Assembly (NCBI RefSeq): GCF_006345805.1
Contig: NC_042997.1
Location: 204,600,001 to 204,664,000 of the forward strand
Source: Octopus sinensis
Lineage: Eukaryota
DNA: 64,000 nt
Reading direction: 5' to 3'
Part shown: piece after piece, positions 25,201-39,472 of the stretch
Layout: each line of letters opens with the position of its first letter
Numbering within the stretch: position 1 is the first letter of the stretch
The notes under the pieces: generated by a model
Seen by the model: only the letters and a program-made list of their open reading frames with translations
Told to the model about the DNA's origin: nothing
Databases searched by the model: none
Program-made: the position numbers and the translations under genes

Positions 25201-27330
25201 TCTTCAATAGGGAAGAGATGCTCATTGTAATGATCATTGAAAAAGCCCATAAAACCATGAGTGCCTCTTAAAAACTCCATGAAACCATGGATACCCTTTC
25301 TCAATTCCAATGTCCAATTTACAGGTGTATTCTTAGGGCAGGCCTGTTCACTCATATCATGCATGTCACTCTCATCCACCTTTCAACACAATGGCTGGAA
25401 GGCAACACTTCCCTCTCCACCCTTACTTCGAGTAAAACTTGAAGAAGTTGATGAGGGATTGACCAAAACAGAAAATCTTCAGCCTCTTCAATCTCATCCA
25501 CCATACACTCTCTTTTGCTATGGCCACTAGGCATATAAAAAATACCTACTCTTCTTGGTTAAAAAAAGGTGGCAGGGCAATCTTCATGATAGATTCAGTT
25601 GATAGCTGGATCTGTCCTACATATGACGGGTGATGTTTGACAAATCCACAGATCAACAATACCATGGCACTGGACATGTGTGTGTGTGTAGGATGATTTC
25701 ATTACCCAGAATGAATCTTGGACATGCTTGGCTGATTGCACTTCTGTGCCTATAGAGTTTATCTTGAACTGGCAATACTTCCCAGTAGCACTATCAGGTT
25801 AGGGATTTCTGGAAATTAGCCATGGACCACAACTTGAAAGTCCTTTGGAAAAGACAAACTACTTGACTTCCCCCAATAACCAGAGTTTCTCCAAGAATGT
25901 TGTCCCTCTTGCCTACCACTCATCCCCCATAGAACTCCAATGTGGAACTTCCATCGACTGCATTGTTGGCTGAGGGCTGTGGGCATTTGTCAACACTCCA
26001 GGTGCAAGTGCCCTTTCTTGATCCAGGACTGTAGCTCCATGAATGAGATGAGCTACAGAAAATCCTGTCTGACAACATTTGCATGCCATCAAAGAAACAC
26101 TGGAAATGTTGCAGCCTTAGTACATATCAGCACATCATTAGCTGCATCATATCCAGTCTTCCACTCAGTGGCTGCTGACTACAAATGGACCATCTGACTA
26201 GCAGAACTCATCTCTTCTGCAGAAAGTGGACGAGAAAGCATTCCCCTTTGATCAGCATTGAAGTAGCGCAAGAGACGATGATCAGGTGATAATAGATGAC
26301 GCAAATAATGCATGTATTTGCCAACTTTACCTGACCCTTCAGGGACAGCTTCCTCTCTGTCCATTTCTTGGTGAGATTGGCTACCTCGCTCATCATCTTC
26401 CAGTTCTTGTCCATCTGGAGGTCCAGACCAAACCAAACCAAACCCTGAGTAATTTAAATGGTCTTTCTGTCCAGCACCCTATGATGATGTTGGTCAGCAT
26501 AGACCTGCCTCTCCAGATGCTGGGCTGCAGGCCCACTTCTCCTGATTCATCTTTGCTTCAGTCCTTTAGGGTAGTGCCAGTCTCCTCAATTTTGGAAATA
26601 TCTGACATTATTACACAGACATCATCCACACAAGCTGACATAAATCTTCTGTATCCTAGTTCACATGTGATGCCCCTTGAAACATCCAGCTTCCACAGTA
26701 ATGGTTCAAGAGCCAGCATGTACAGAATGAGTAAGAGTGGGCATTCTTGATGGACCAAACATGCAATGCTAAAGGATTCCAATAGTTATTTATTTTGATC
26801 ACCAAACAAATGTTGCTGTACATTGCAGAGATTCAGACTCTGAAAATGGGAACCAAACTGTCCACTGCGAGGACAGCCTCCAAGTATTGGTGATTGTCCC
26901 TATTGGAAGCTTTCCATTCCAGGTTCCTTATCTACCCTCCCTATGATGTACCACATGAGGTGGTGGTTAACATGGATAGATCAGTTTAGGATGGTGCATG
27001 TTTGTATATTACTGACCAGTCTATCAATGACAAGCACCAATCTCCTTGCCAACAGTTTGACAAAAATCTTGTAATTTGCATTTAGCAGAGTTAGGGGCCT
27101 AAAGTTATTTATTTTCTCTCAGCAGTACCACTACACCTTGGCTCACCAGACTGGAAATTCTCCCATTTTGGTGCCAATTAAAATAGACAAGAGATCACTG
27201 AACGAGTCTGGCATATAGAAATAAAGCTTGAAGGACAGAGCATCCAACCCTGGGACCTTGTGCAGCTAGCCCTTGTGCAGTTAGCCATTGTGTTATGTAC
27301 GTCTTTGGCTGTTATTGGCATTTTGCTAAA
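25200..27330 (-). mobile_element. Degraded Tx1/L1-clade LINE (RT through C-terminus)
   Basis: Minus: KVPGLDAL, INFRPLTLLNANYKIFVKLLARRL, LYMLALEPLL, SACVDDVCVI (degenerate YADD), WTERKLSLKGQVKLAN, C-terminal ERWMRV. Many stops. Confidence 0.85.
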
Positions 27331-27344
27331 AATTCTTTCTATAT

Positions 27345-27500
27345 TAAACAAAAGGCCTGAAAATTTTTGGGAAGGGGCTTGTCAATAACATCACCCCACT
27401 GCTTGAATGGTACTTATTTCGTTGACCCTGAAAGAATAAAAGGCAAAGATGGCCTTGGCAGAATTCGATCTCACAATGTAAGGCTGGAAGAAATGCTGCT
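27345..27500 (-). mobile_element. SINE family B variant fragment
   Basis: GGTACTTATTTCGTTGACCCTGAAAGAATAAAAGGCAAAG on plus is the reverse complement of the Nin/Deu-like core. Confidence 0.6.
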
Positions 27501-30500
27501 AAGCATAAAAATAATGATGATGATGATGATAAAAGTCTGGACTGCACTGAAGTTGAAAGAAGTTAAAAGGTGGTATTTTCAAGAGGCATAGTGAGTCTTG
27601 AAGAAATTGCGATTTGAAGAAGAATGCTCAACTGGTATGAAAACAGCCAATCTAACCTGGATAGTTTGTGGTTTAGGCCTGTTTATTTATATAACGGAGG
27701 GGTATAAATGGATACAGTGGGGCTACCTCCCCTTTCTTTACTTAATCTTCCTTAGATAAGCAGCTTTTAATCATTATCAATATTTTTTTTATTGTATTTG
27801 CAACAGTTAGAGAAGAGAGATGGAGCAAGAGAGAGAAGTGAGGAGGCAATGAATGTGGAAGAGAGAGAGAGAGAGAGAGAGAGATGGGGGGGGGAGATAA
27901 TGGCAGGTGGTGGGTTGGGGTGGCAAAAAAGAGGTGAAGTGAATAAAGAATATCATATATGACATTTTAGAGTTTCAAAGGAAAAAAAGAGAAAGAGATG
28001 AACAAGAAGGTGGTGGTGGTGATGGGTAAATTAAAACTATGGTGGAAGAGATGCATGGAGGTGATGATTAGAAAAAGGTGTTTACTTGGTGAGAAGGATG
28101 AAGAACTAATATATATATATATATAAATGAATAAATAAATAAAAATATAAAATAAATTGAAATTTTTTTTCTGAAAATCTTGTGGACCAAATTTTCCCAA
28201 CTTGGTTGTGTGTTTGAGCTAGATAATTTATGACTAAAGAATCTCTGAAATATACAGTCTTTGAGATATTTACAGAATTATTTTGGGTTGAGTAAAAGAA
28301 GGGGAACAAAAACTAAAAGAAAAATTACATTTTGATAATAACAAGAGTGACAGAGACGTACCAAGATTTTGGTGGAAAACACAAATAACCAATGAAGTTG
28401 GTAATGCAATAGTTCTGACCAATTTCTTGTCTTCTTTTCACTATTAATGTTATTTTGGTTCTCTGAAACTACAAAAAAGAAGGATTATATGAGAATGTAC
28501 ATATCTGATTTAAATATTTTATTAATTTACCTCTTTATTTCACATTCAGTATCTAATTGGGAATATTCTTCAGTTATCAGGTGATCTGCCTGTCCTTAGT
28601 CATCATCGATGTTGTTGTTGTCACTATCTACTTTGTTATTGTTATTGCTATCGTTGTCATTATTGCCATTGTCACCATCATTGTTTAACGACTATGCTCA
28701 TTGACATGAAGAGTTTGACCGGATCAAATGGGGGCAAAAGTTTCATGTCCTGTCTTCTTTAATATGATTTCTATGGCTGGATGCCCTTTCTAATACTAAC
28801 CACTTTACAACATGTATTTGGTGCTTTTCTTGTGCCACCAACACGAATGAGGTTGCCATGCAGCTTGCAAGACTTTGAGCTTTGAAGGAAAAAGTGTTGA
28901 GAAACTATGCCTTAAGAATAAGGAGCAGAAAGTGGTAAAGTATGAAAGAAAAAGGCCAAAGCAGAACTGATTCCTAGATGTAGAGGAACTACAAGACTGT
29001 TCATGTTTTAGAAGAGAGTGGTGGGGCTGGAGAGTGATTGAGAAAAAGGAGTGAAGAAGTGTCGGAGTGGATTTTCAACACATGAGGTGGGTAGAAATCA
29101 GTGGGGCATAGGTGAGTGGGAGGAGTAGGGGATGTCTAATAGCGTGAAGAAGCAGAATAGAAATGATGAGATAGTAAACAGGAGAAGAAAGAGAAATGAC
29201 ATGCTGTTGGGTTGTTTGCAGGAGTGGACGGTGAAGAGAGAGGCAGGTGCAGTGTATGAGGTGGGTGAGACATATGGTGGGGGAGGAGAGGAGAGATAAT
29301 TTGATGGCATGGTGAGGGGTGGTGATCAGTGAAACTATGGGTGGAGAGAACCAGGAAACTTCATCACTTAAACTAAGAGTAGTTGTATTCTTTCTCACTA
29401 TGATTCTGTCCTATGTAGGGACAGTGGAACATTTCTGGGTTATTTTTATTTAATTTACATTGATGGCAGCCATGTCGGTGGTGGGTGGAAGTGACCGGGT
29501 TTTCAATAAGTGTTATGTGTGCTGCTGCTTTGATATTTCTAACTTTTCACTAGAATTCTTTATCAATTATGGAAATTTCCTTTAGCATATTCTATGAACT
29601 TTCTCTGGCAATTTCCTGTAGTGGTGAAACTCTGTCCTTCAATGATAAAGATTTAATTGTTTGATCAAGTGAACTACCTGTTACTGAAGAAGTGTGGAAG
29701 TGGCTGAGAAATCCACAAACACATTCACCCTAAAGGTAATTCTCAAGCAGAACCAACACAACACAACACAGAGGGTGACAAGACTTCTTTTTGAATTACA
29801 GGTACACTCCACCCTACACCTGATGGACTTCTATATAGTTTCCATCAGCCCGATTTCACTCACAGCATATGGATCAACCTGAAGTAATAGTCAGTGACAT
29901 TTGCCCAAGATGCCATACAGTATGATTGAACCCATGATCTTGTGGTTGAGAAGCAAACTTCTTAACCATTCACCCATACTATGCCTACCCCCTGTTATAG
30001 AGACAGAATGCATTTGTTAGACCTGTAGATCTGCAGCCTAAGAATGGCTGCAGATCTTATGTATTAGATATTCTTGAGTGTAATTAATTTCTTATTAATT
30101 ACACTCATCGTTTAAGTGGTTTTGTTTCCACTGATATTTGGATTCATGCTCTGCTGCTATTCTTCAATACAAAAATGCTAGTGTATGGTTATCTAATACT
30201 TCATCTGAAACATCTTCTTTCAACAAACTGTGCTCTTATTGTAGTGACTCACTGAAACACAGTGGTTTTAAGGATAGGATTCATCATCATCATTGTTCAA
30301 CGTCCACCTTCCATGCTGGCATGGGAGGGACAGTTTGACAGGAGCCGGCCAGGCAGAAGCCTGCACTAGACTTCTGGGACTGTTTTGGACGGATTTTTAC
30401 AGCTGGATGCCCTTCCAAATGCCAACTACTTTACAGTGTGGACTGGATGCTTTTTAAGTGGCACCTGCACTGATAGGGTCACCAAGTACCTTGCAAGACC

Positions 30501-31489
30501 AAAAAAAAAAAACTTTTGAGAGTGAAGGGGACATTGGAGGAGTTGATATTGTGTTAGATGATGAAAGGTTAGAGCGAGACAGAGACACAGATTATTTACA
30601 AAAATAATAATGATGATAATGGTGATGATGATGGTGATAATGATGATGACAACAACAATGACAACAATAATGATGATGATAAGTAATGATTTTTAGACAA
30701 TGAAAAATAGAAAAGGCAATAATATACATTTTTGTTCACTGTTTGGCATTAAAGTGTATATAAGATATAAGATTTTAAAAACAAATACTGCTTGATTAAG
30801 TTTTAGTCATACACAGAAATTTGCTACAAAAATACTATGTATTAATAGTAAAAATATTTGATGCATATCTACATACAGTTTTTATTATTTGTTTTAACCT
30901 TGTAAAATGTCTGTTAGATAATTTGTATTTTGAAAATGGTTTTCAAAAGTATTTACAGTAATGATTTGGTTTCTGAAGATGAGATTGATTTGATGACTAA
31001 GAACCCATTTTTAAATAGCATCAACAAACTTTCAAAAATCTTGTAAGCTATTTTGACTTAAATTTGTCAACATGTATCTAAAAAAAAAATAACAATATCA
31101 GAACTTCAAAAACATTTGGAAGATGGTATGATGGTTGAAATATTTGCATTTCTGAAAATGTGAATATATTACTCTAGAGGATTCAGTCATAAATAGACAT
31201 TCTGAGCCAACATAACTTGGTTGCCATAAACTGAATTAGTTTGTTAGGAACATACCCAACACTTAAATACACACATATGCACACATGCACACACACACAC
31301 ACACATATGTATATACATATACATACACACACACATACACTTATATATATAAATAGGAAATAGTGGCACAACAAGGTAATAATGTTTGCTAGAAATAGCA
31401 GTTGATAACCATACGGTGCTATATAAAGCTGGAAAATAATACTATTGTATTGTAATAATATTTATATATGTATATATATATATATATAT

Positions 31490-33245
31490 AACATAAGGAC
31501 TCACTGAGGCAATGGCTAGTGACCGAGACCTTTGGAAATATGGTGTGCTTGAGAAGACCGGGCAAACCAAGTGAGACCATAACCCATGCCCTATGCCAGG
31601 GGTGTAACCAGCCCACTTATGCATACCTTTCTTTAATTGGACATTAAACTCTGCTTGCGAAGACCTGTTGAGGCAAGTGAAATCGAAATCAAATTCGCTG
31701 AGGTGGCCGATGACAGCACCACCTGACTGGCATCCGTGCTAGTGGAACGTTAAGAGCACCATCCAAGTGTGATCGTTGCCAGGGCCGCTGACTGGCTCTT
31801 GTGCCGATGGCATGTAAAAAGCACCATTCGAGTGTGATTGTTACCAGCATCGCCTTACTAGCACTTGTGCTGGTGGTATGCGAAAAACAACATTCGAGCG
31901 AGGTCATTGCTAGTGCCACTGGACTAGCTACTGTGCAGGTGGCATGTAAAAAACACCATTTGAGCACGGCTGTTGCCAGCACCATCTGACTGGCCCTCAT
32001 ACCGGTGGCACTTAAAAGCACCCACTATACACTTGGAGTGGTTGGTGTTAGGAAAGGGCATCCAGCTGTAGAAACTCTGCCAAATCAGATTGGAGCCTGG
32101 TGCAGCCATCTGATTCACCAGTCCTCAGTCAAATCGTCCAACCCATGCTAGCATGGAAAGTGGACGTTAAACGATGATGATGATGATGATGATGTATATA
32201 TATTTATTGGTATATATATGTGTGTGTATATATATATATATATATCAGTCCGAGATGTATCGCTAATGGTAAATGTTTTTGATTTTCACTCTCGATAAAT
32301 CTATCCTTTTTTTGTGCCCCTAGCACTTGGCATCCTTATTTAGGAGCCCTTAATTATATTTCTATATGAATAATATTTTTCTGTATGAATAATATTTTGT
32401 CTAATGACTAATTTGTCTTTTGTGCTGGGCCACTGGTAGTAATCTATGTTATTACCCTTTGTTTACATATATATATATGTTACCAATGCCGGTGGCATGT
32501 AAGAGAACCATCCGTTCGTGACCATTGCCAGCGCCGCCCCGACTGGCCTCGTGCCGGTGGCATGTAAAAAGCACCATCCGTTCGTGTCTGTTGCCAGCCT
32601 CGCCTGGCCCCCGTGCCACCGGCACGTAAAAAGCACCCACTACACTCACGGAGTGGTTGGCGTTAGGAAGGGCATCCAACTGTAGAAACACTGCCAGATC
32701 TGACTGGGCCTGATGAAGCCTTCCGGCTTCACAGACCCCAGTTGAACCGTCCAACCCATGCTAGCATGGAAAATGGACACTAAACGATGATGATGATGAT
32801 GATGATGATATATATATATATATATGTGCATATGTATATATATGTGTGTGTGTGTATATATATATATAAATATATATAGTGTCGCTTTACTGGCACCAGC
32901 GTCACCTTACTGGCACTTGAGCCCCATGCTAGTAGGGTGCTAAGAGCACCATCCGAGCGTGATTGTTGCCAGAGCGGCTAACTGGCTTCCGTGCCGGTGG
33001 CATGTGTAAAAAGATTCGAGCGAGGTCGTTGCCAGTACCACCTGACTGACCCCCATACCAGTGGCACGTAAAAGCACCCACTACACTCTCGGAGTGGTTG
33101 GCGTTAGGAAGGGCATCCAGCTGTAGAAACTCTGCCAGGTCAAGATTGGAGCCTGGTGCAGCCATCTGATTTGCCAGCCCTCAGTCAAATCGTCCAACCC
33201 ATGCAAACATTGAAAGCGGACGTTAAACGATGATGATGATGATGA
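31490..33245 (+). mobile_element. Three consecutive RTE LINE 3' ends (about 31490-32195, 32470-32810, 32880-33245)
   Basis: Each ends with the family core and (GAT)n. The first includes the ORF terminus (GAGACCTTTGGAAATATGGTGTGCTTGAGAAGAC) and about 4 internal repeats. Confidence 0.8.
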
Positions 33246-33362
33246 TAGGTATATATGTATATATATATGTGTGTGTATGTATATATAGGTGTTTGCGTAT
33301 TTACAAATATATGTATATATATTTATTGGTATATAAATGTGTATATAGGTATATATAGGTAT

Positions 33363-33438
<76 letters not shown>

Positions 33439-33561
33439 TATATGTATGTGTATATATATGTGTATATATATGTATGTGTATGTATATGTGTGTATATATA
33501 TATGTGTGTATGTATATATGTGTATGTATATGTGTATATATTATATATATATATATATGTA

Positions 33562-33592
<31 letters not shown>

Positions 33593-33606
33593 GTATTATA
33601 TGTGTG

Positions 33607-33637
<31 letters not shown>

Positions 33638-33648
33638 ATGTATATGTG

Positions 33649-33689
<41 letters not shown>

Positions 33690-33700
33690 GTGCAAAACTG
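33246..33700. repeat. (TA)n/(TG)n compound microsatellite
   Basis: Read directly. Confidence 0.95.
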
Positions 33701-33756
33701 ATTGGTAAGTTCAGCCATAATGTATATATAATGCTGTACACTTCAATATACATACA

Positions 33757-34170
33757 TATCATCATCATCATCATTTAACGTCTGCTTTCCATCTTGGCAT
33801 GGGTAGGACGGCTTGACTGAGGGCTGGCAAGCCAGAAGCTGTACCAGGCTCCAATCTGATCTGGCAAGGTTTCTACAGCTGGATGCCCTTCCTAACGCCA
33901 ACCACTCCAAGAGTGTAATGGGTGCATTTTATGTGCCACCAGCATGGGGGCCAGTGAGGTAGTACTGGCATAGACCACGTTCAAATGGTGCTTTTTCCAT
34001 GCCACCAGCATGGGAGCCAGTCAAGCAGCACTGGCAATGACCACGCCCGAATGGTGCTTTTTACATGCGACCAGCACAGGACCAGTCAGGTGGTGCAGGC
34101 ATCAACCACGTTCGTATGGTGCTTTCTTTCACAGGTGCCAGTCAGGTTGTCCTGGCATTGGCCACATATG
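33757..34170 (-). mobile_element. RTE LINE 3' end
   Basis: (CAT)n tail, family core and 3 repeat units. Confidence 0.8.
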
Positions 34171-34638
34171 CATGTATCCATCCATCCATCTATTTTCTCC
34201 AGCCACTCTTCCTGGTGATGGTGATGGGGGTGAGGTTATGGAGAGAGTCTGCATGACCATCTCTTCTTTAGGGTCAAATAGGAAGCAACAATCATTAGAC
34301 TTTCCAGCTGGATCCCTAAGAGTGACTAACAGAAACCATGGATATTATCTGACTATCTCATCCCTAGGTCTCCTGCCAATTGGATTGGCTTGAAGAATAC
34401 TTGCATTTCTTTGCAGTGACATTCTAATCACATGCCTGTATTACCAGAACTGTGACCTCTCAGTGCAGAGAAGGTGCAGCTCACCTTAAAATGAAACTCC
34501 CTGATTTCTGAGCTATGCACACTGTCAAATAATGTTCATATACATGCACACAAACACACATGCATACATACACACATATATATGTATATATGAATGTATC
34601 TATGTATGTGTGTGCATATGTGTTCATGTGAATATGTG

Positions 34639-34714
<76 letters not shown>

Positions 34715-34851
34715 TGAGTATATACATTTCTTAGAACATATGAAGCTAAACATGTTTAATTTAGAAACTCTGGAAATCTTTCATTGTTATGGTTGAATCC
34801 TATCAAATAGCAACAGATGTAAAATATCTCTTTATCGTCTGGAAATGTAAG

Positions 34852-34889
<38 letters not shown>

Positions 34890-35408
34890 GCACACACACA
34901 CACACACATGTACAGAAATATAAATAAATAGTTATAAACAATCTCTCATACACATACACTTAGAAAAATATATCTTACACACATATACCCAAACATAAAA
35001 ACACATTAATGCTCATTCATACCCTTTATACACACACGTGTGTGGGCACGCATGTGTGTGTGTGTGTATATATGTATGTATGTATGTATATATATATTTA
35101 CACAGGTAACAGATCTCAAAAGTTATTAGCCAATCAGGAGCTTTTACTCAATGACGTCATTGGTGGTCAGGTTTTCAGCCAAAAAGGCAATCAGCCATTA
35201 TATATGCATTTTTCTTCCTTTTTTGTTTCTTTCACTGACTCTCTCTTCCACAATTCCTTTCTACATGTGTACTTCACTTTCTTTTCCTTCTTTATCATAC
35301 AACCATCTTTCCCTCTTCTTTCATCTCCCACATTCTGTCTGTCTCTTTCTTCCCCTCTCTTTCTATCTCTCTCTGTATGTATGTAATATATATATACATA
35401 TATATATA

Positions 35409-35621
35409 AGGCGAGCTGGCAGAAATGTTAGCACGCCGGGTGAAATGCGTAGATGTATTTCGTCTGCCGTAACGTTCTGGGTTCAAATTCCGCCGAGGTC
35501 GACTATGCCTTTCATCCTTTTGGGGTTGATAAATTAAGTACCAGTTACGCACTGGGGTTGATGTAATCGACTTAATCCATTTGTCTGTCCTTGTTTGTCC
35601 CCTACCTTGTGGGTAGTAAAG

Positions 35622-35625
<4 letters not shown>
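35409..35625 (+). mobile_element. SINE family B, full length
   Basis: Matches 22459-22690. Confidence 0.85.
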
Positions 35626-35674
<49 letters not shown>

Positions 35675-35815
35675 GGGAGACGAAGACAGGTGGTGTAGAT
35701 AACAAACAGATGTATTAGTTTAAAGCTCGGGAAGTGAAGAAGTCTTTAATGTTTTGAGCCTATGCACTTCCACAGAAAGGAACACAAAAAGAAACAGGGA
35801 GAGAAAATAAAGAAT
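35675..35815 (-). mobile_element. Penelope-like terminal-repeat fragment, degenerate hammerhead-like motif (35744-35779)
   Basis: Homologous to 455-605 and 9600-9735. Core reads CTGTGGA. Confidence 0.45.
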
Positions 35816-36991
35816 GTGTAGTGGCTAGTGATATATCATGGCGAATGCCGGACAGATATATATATATATATATTTATGTATGCATACACACACTCACATG
35901 TATATGAATATATATATATATATATGTATCAAATGAAATAAAATAAAAAACAGGACACAAAGGATGTTATTTCATTTGATACATATATCCTCTCACCTAT
36001 GCTACTAGCTGGCATATACAGGTGCTTACATTCATCAAGTATTCACCCTGAATTTATTGTACCTACCTGAACATATATATATATATATATATATACATAT
36101 ACTCATGTATATACACACAGAATCTTTATCTTTCTTTCTCTTCGTCTGTCTCTCCCCATTCTTTTTAATCTTATCTTTAATCTCCTTTAAATTCAAAAAT
36201 TCGAAATGGTATCATGTTGTCAGCACTCTCTAAAAATCTGTGAAAAAACAGGCTTTAGATCACAACCACTGTTAAAAAAGATATACAGATCTTTGAGAGG
36301 TGCCACCATTTGTTTTCTGTTTCCTTCTCTTTCTTTCTTCTCCTCAAGCATCAATGATTGTGCTTTCCACACACACATGCACATTATAAAAAGCAAAATT
36401 TTATAATTTCATATATGTTTCTCATACATACACATTATCATCATCTCTTAACATCCTACTGTGTTGATGTTAGAGAGCAGCCTTGAAAAATGAATTGGCC
36501 AGCTGTGACCAGGACTCTACAGTCACAATATGGGGCCCTAACCAGTAGATGATCATAGCTACATATGCACACACACACACACACATACATAGTGAAATAA
36601 ACTGCAAACATTTTACAGATGTTTTCTAGTTTCATTGTAAGCTCTACAGCTGTTTCTGGAGTTAAAATACAAACTGCATCATCACTATAATTAAAATAGA
36701 AAAAATATATAATTAATAGGCACAGGTGTGAATGTGTGGTAAGAAGTTTGCTTCCCATCCACATGGTTCTGGGTTCAGTCCCACTGCATGGCACCTTGGG
36801 CAAGTGTCTGCAATGACATATATATATATATAGTTATGTTGTTTGTCTTGTTTTCCATTTGTGTCTTTTGTTGTTCGAAAAAATAGTTCATGTTCCATGT
36901 ACTCGTACTTTGTATCTTTTTATTGTACACGTTTTGTGATATCCTGTGGCCACATATGCATTTATATATACGTATAGATGCAAGTATGTAC

Positions 36992-37038
<47 letters not shown>

Positions 37039-37263
37039 TAATCCTTTCTACTATAGGCATAAGGCCTGAAATTTGGGGAAGGGGACTAGTCGATTACATC
37101 GATCCCAATGTTTCACTGGTACTTAATTTATCGACTCCAAAAGGATGAAAGGCAATTTGAACACAGAACGTAGGGATGGGTGAAATATTGCTAAGCATTT
37201 TGTCAAGCGGAAGTGTACTTGCATAGCAAGTGACCTGATCTGAGATCGTGTGCTGGAACGAAA

Positions 37264-37455
37264 ACAATTGCAGTGTGGAAGGTGTTTATAAGCTATTTAA
37301 GAAACACACAAAATCCATTAGATTCACAAAATCCCTTAGATTCACGCGGTCTAAAAGCGACGAAAATATTTTGACAAATTTAAACGTTGAAGTGAATCTA
37401 ACAGATTTTATGTGTTTCTTAAATGGCTTATAAACACCTTCCATGCTGCAACTGT
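37264..37455. mobile_element. Foldback/MITE-like element with about 64-bp inverted arms
   Basis: 37264-37327 is a near-perfect reverse complement of 37392-37455. Confidence 0.75.
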
Positions 37456-38074
37456 ATATATATATATATATATATCTTCATCGAGACAAGACGGCTTATC
37501 CTGTCCCTCTCATAAGCTGTCTCCTTCATGTGTTCAAAATAATTTTTCCATCGTCTTGGCTTAACAGCCCTCAACGTTTGTTTTTACTGTGTTATTCTCT
37601 TTGTCCTGTCTAGTTTTGTTTTTACTGTCCTGTTCTTGTTACCACTTTTACCCCTCTGCAAAAAATCCCAAATTTGATTTAATTTGCTTTGCAGGAAGGA
37701 CTGTTTCAATGAAGTCGCATCTTGTCCTTACCTTCGAAACGCGGAGTAGACAAAACAGGGACAACTGAAGACGGGGAATATTCTTTATTTGTATGTCTCA
37801 TTTCTCTGTATTTTCATTGTTTGAAAAAAAGTTCGTTTCCATGTTTTTGTTTTTATATTTTCGTTTCTCATTGTGTTCAACGTTGTTTTGATGTCCTGTA
37901 CCCATATATGCATGTATATATACATATATATGTAGGTATGTACATATATGTATATATGCATATATTTATATATTATTTATATTATATATATATATATAGG
38001 TGCGCGCGCGTGCATATATATAAATATGTAAGTATATGTTATACCTACAACTTGATTTTAAACAAAGCTTTGAC

Positions 38075-38285
38075 TTGATTTCGTTTTTGGATTTGGTTTG
38101 CAAGATTCTTTATGTGAGTTTGTGTGCTGAAGCATATTCTGTTGTGTCTGGGGAGAGTCATTTTCTTTTGTTGCCTTATAATTTAACATACTCACCACTA
38201 AAATTTCCACTTATTTCTTTTTTATTTAAAAAAAATTTTTTCTAAAATTTTCGTTGCGTCTTGCAATCTTTTCACTAGTTTTGAC
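38075..38285. repeat. Interspersed repeat (possibly PLE terminal sequence), also at 40368-41147 and 57178-57320
   Basis: GGATTTGGTTTGCAAGATTCTTTATGTGAG...GTCTGGGGAGAGTCATTTTC...TTTTCGTTGCGTCTTGCAA recurs in both orientations. The class assignment is inference. Confidence 0.7.
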
Positions 38286-38606
38286 TTGGATTACTCTCTA
38301 AAAACAGCATAGGTTTGGGTTTTCACTCCTGCTTGGGAGCTACTCTCATATGCAATGATATAGCGATGATGGGCATAAGATGGGAGTTTTGGCTCTTATT
38401 TCTAGCTCATTTAGCGACCATGTAGATGCTCTTCCTGAGGGAGCTAAAGCGAAGTCAAAATATTTTTATTTGAATATTACAAAGCCAGCCTGTTGATTGT
38501 GACTAATATAGTTAAATGGCAAACCAAGCATAGAAAAACTTGAAATGTTTGAAAGAAAATGTAATTGAATGGATATACATATATTTTGGAACATATTTTA
38601 TTTGCA

Positions 38607-39002
38607 ACTAGCAGTATCGCCCGGCGTTGCTCAGATTTGTTTTGACCCTTTAGAATTGGAACTTTTGAGAAGTAAAAATCTTTCCATTATGTAGCTTGTT
38701 ATTCTCTTTAAGTGAACATTTTTCTGGTTGAAATACACCGAAAAATGGCGACACAGCAGTCAAAAAATCGTATAAAATAGGGATTTTCATAGAAAGAAAG
38801 CACCTTTTTGATGTAAATAATTTTTGGTGTTTACATGGTCCGATTTGAATTTTTTCTTCTACTGAGGGAAGAGCAAGCCTTCTTCTATCATACTTTCAAT
38901 TTTGGTCAACTTGCGCCACAGGGTCTCGAAGGAGATTGTGTTAGTTGAAGGCTACCAAACCTGCCATACACAGACAACTTCAGATTTATATATAGAGAGA
39001 GA
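38607..39002 (+). mobile_element. Non-autonomous Helitron/Helentron-like element
   Basis: Starts ACTAGCAGTATCGCCCGGCGTTGCTC and ends CATACACAGACAACTTCAGATTTATATATAGAG. These termini resemble, from memory, invertebrate non-autonomous rolling-circle elements. No TSD seen. Confidence 0.5.
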
Positions 39003-39344
39003 TTTACAAGATCATGGGTACTGGCCCAAGTGTGTTCTACTCATGGTTATTAGTATTTAAAGTATAAGCCGTCATTATGAAAAACTCTATATATGTGGTT
39101 TCTAATTTATGAACAAGGACAACAATTTTAAGAAGACATTAGTGGATACCATCGGCCTCAGTACTCGACAGATACCTCATTTTATCGACTCTGACGGTGG
39201 TGGAGGCGGTGTATGAAAATAAACGTCGACCATGGCAGTGTTTGAACTCTGAAAATAACGAAGACATTTTCTAAAATATAAGTCTGCTACAGTAATTTGA
39301 TAAAATTTTAACGAATCTTAATGTAGTTGTTTGAAAACAATCTA

Positions 39345-39472
39345 GAAAAACATCTTACCCTGAATTTTTATCCCATTCTTCCTCGAGTTTCATTGATGTC
39401 GTCTGCCGTTCATATTTTATTTAAAAAAAGTTTTGTTGAGCAGACGATAGTTTATTGTAAAGCGCATGCGTG
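39345..39472 (-). promoter_or_regulatory. Putative promoter/short first exon, minus copy (NRF1-like GCGCATGCG; donor CAGG|GTAAGA at 39359/39358)
   Basis: Inverted homolog of 39922-40057. Motif and donor read directly; function inferred. Confidence 0.35.

Noticed and set aside
37715-37775. GAAAC...CTGAAGA motif order suggesting a permuted hammerhead
   Set aside because: The required stem I strands are direct rather than complementary (GACAA...GACAA).
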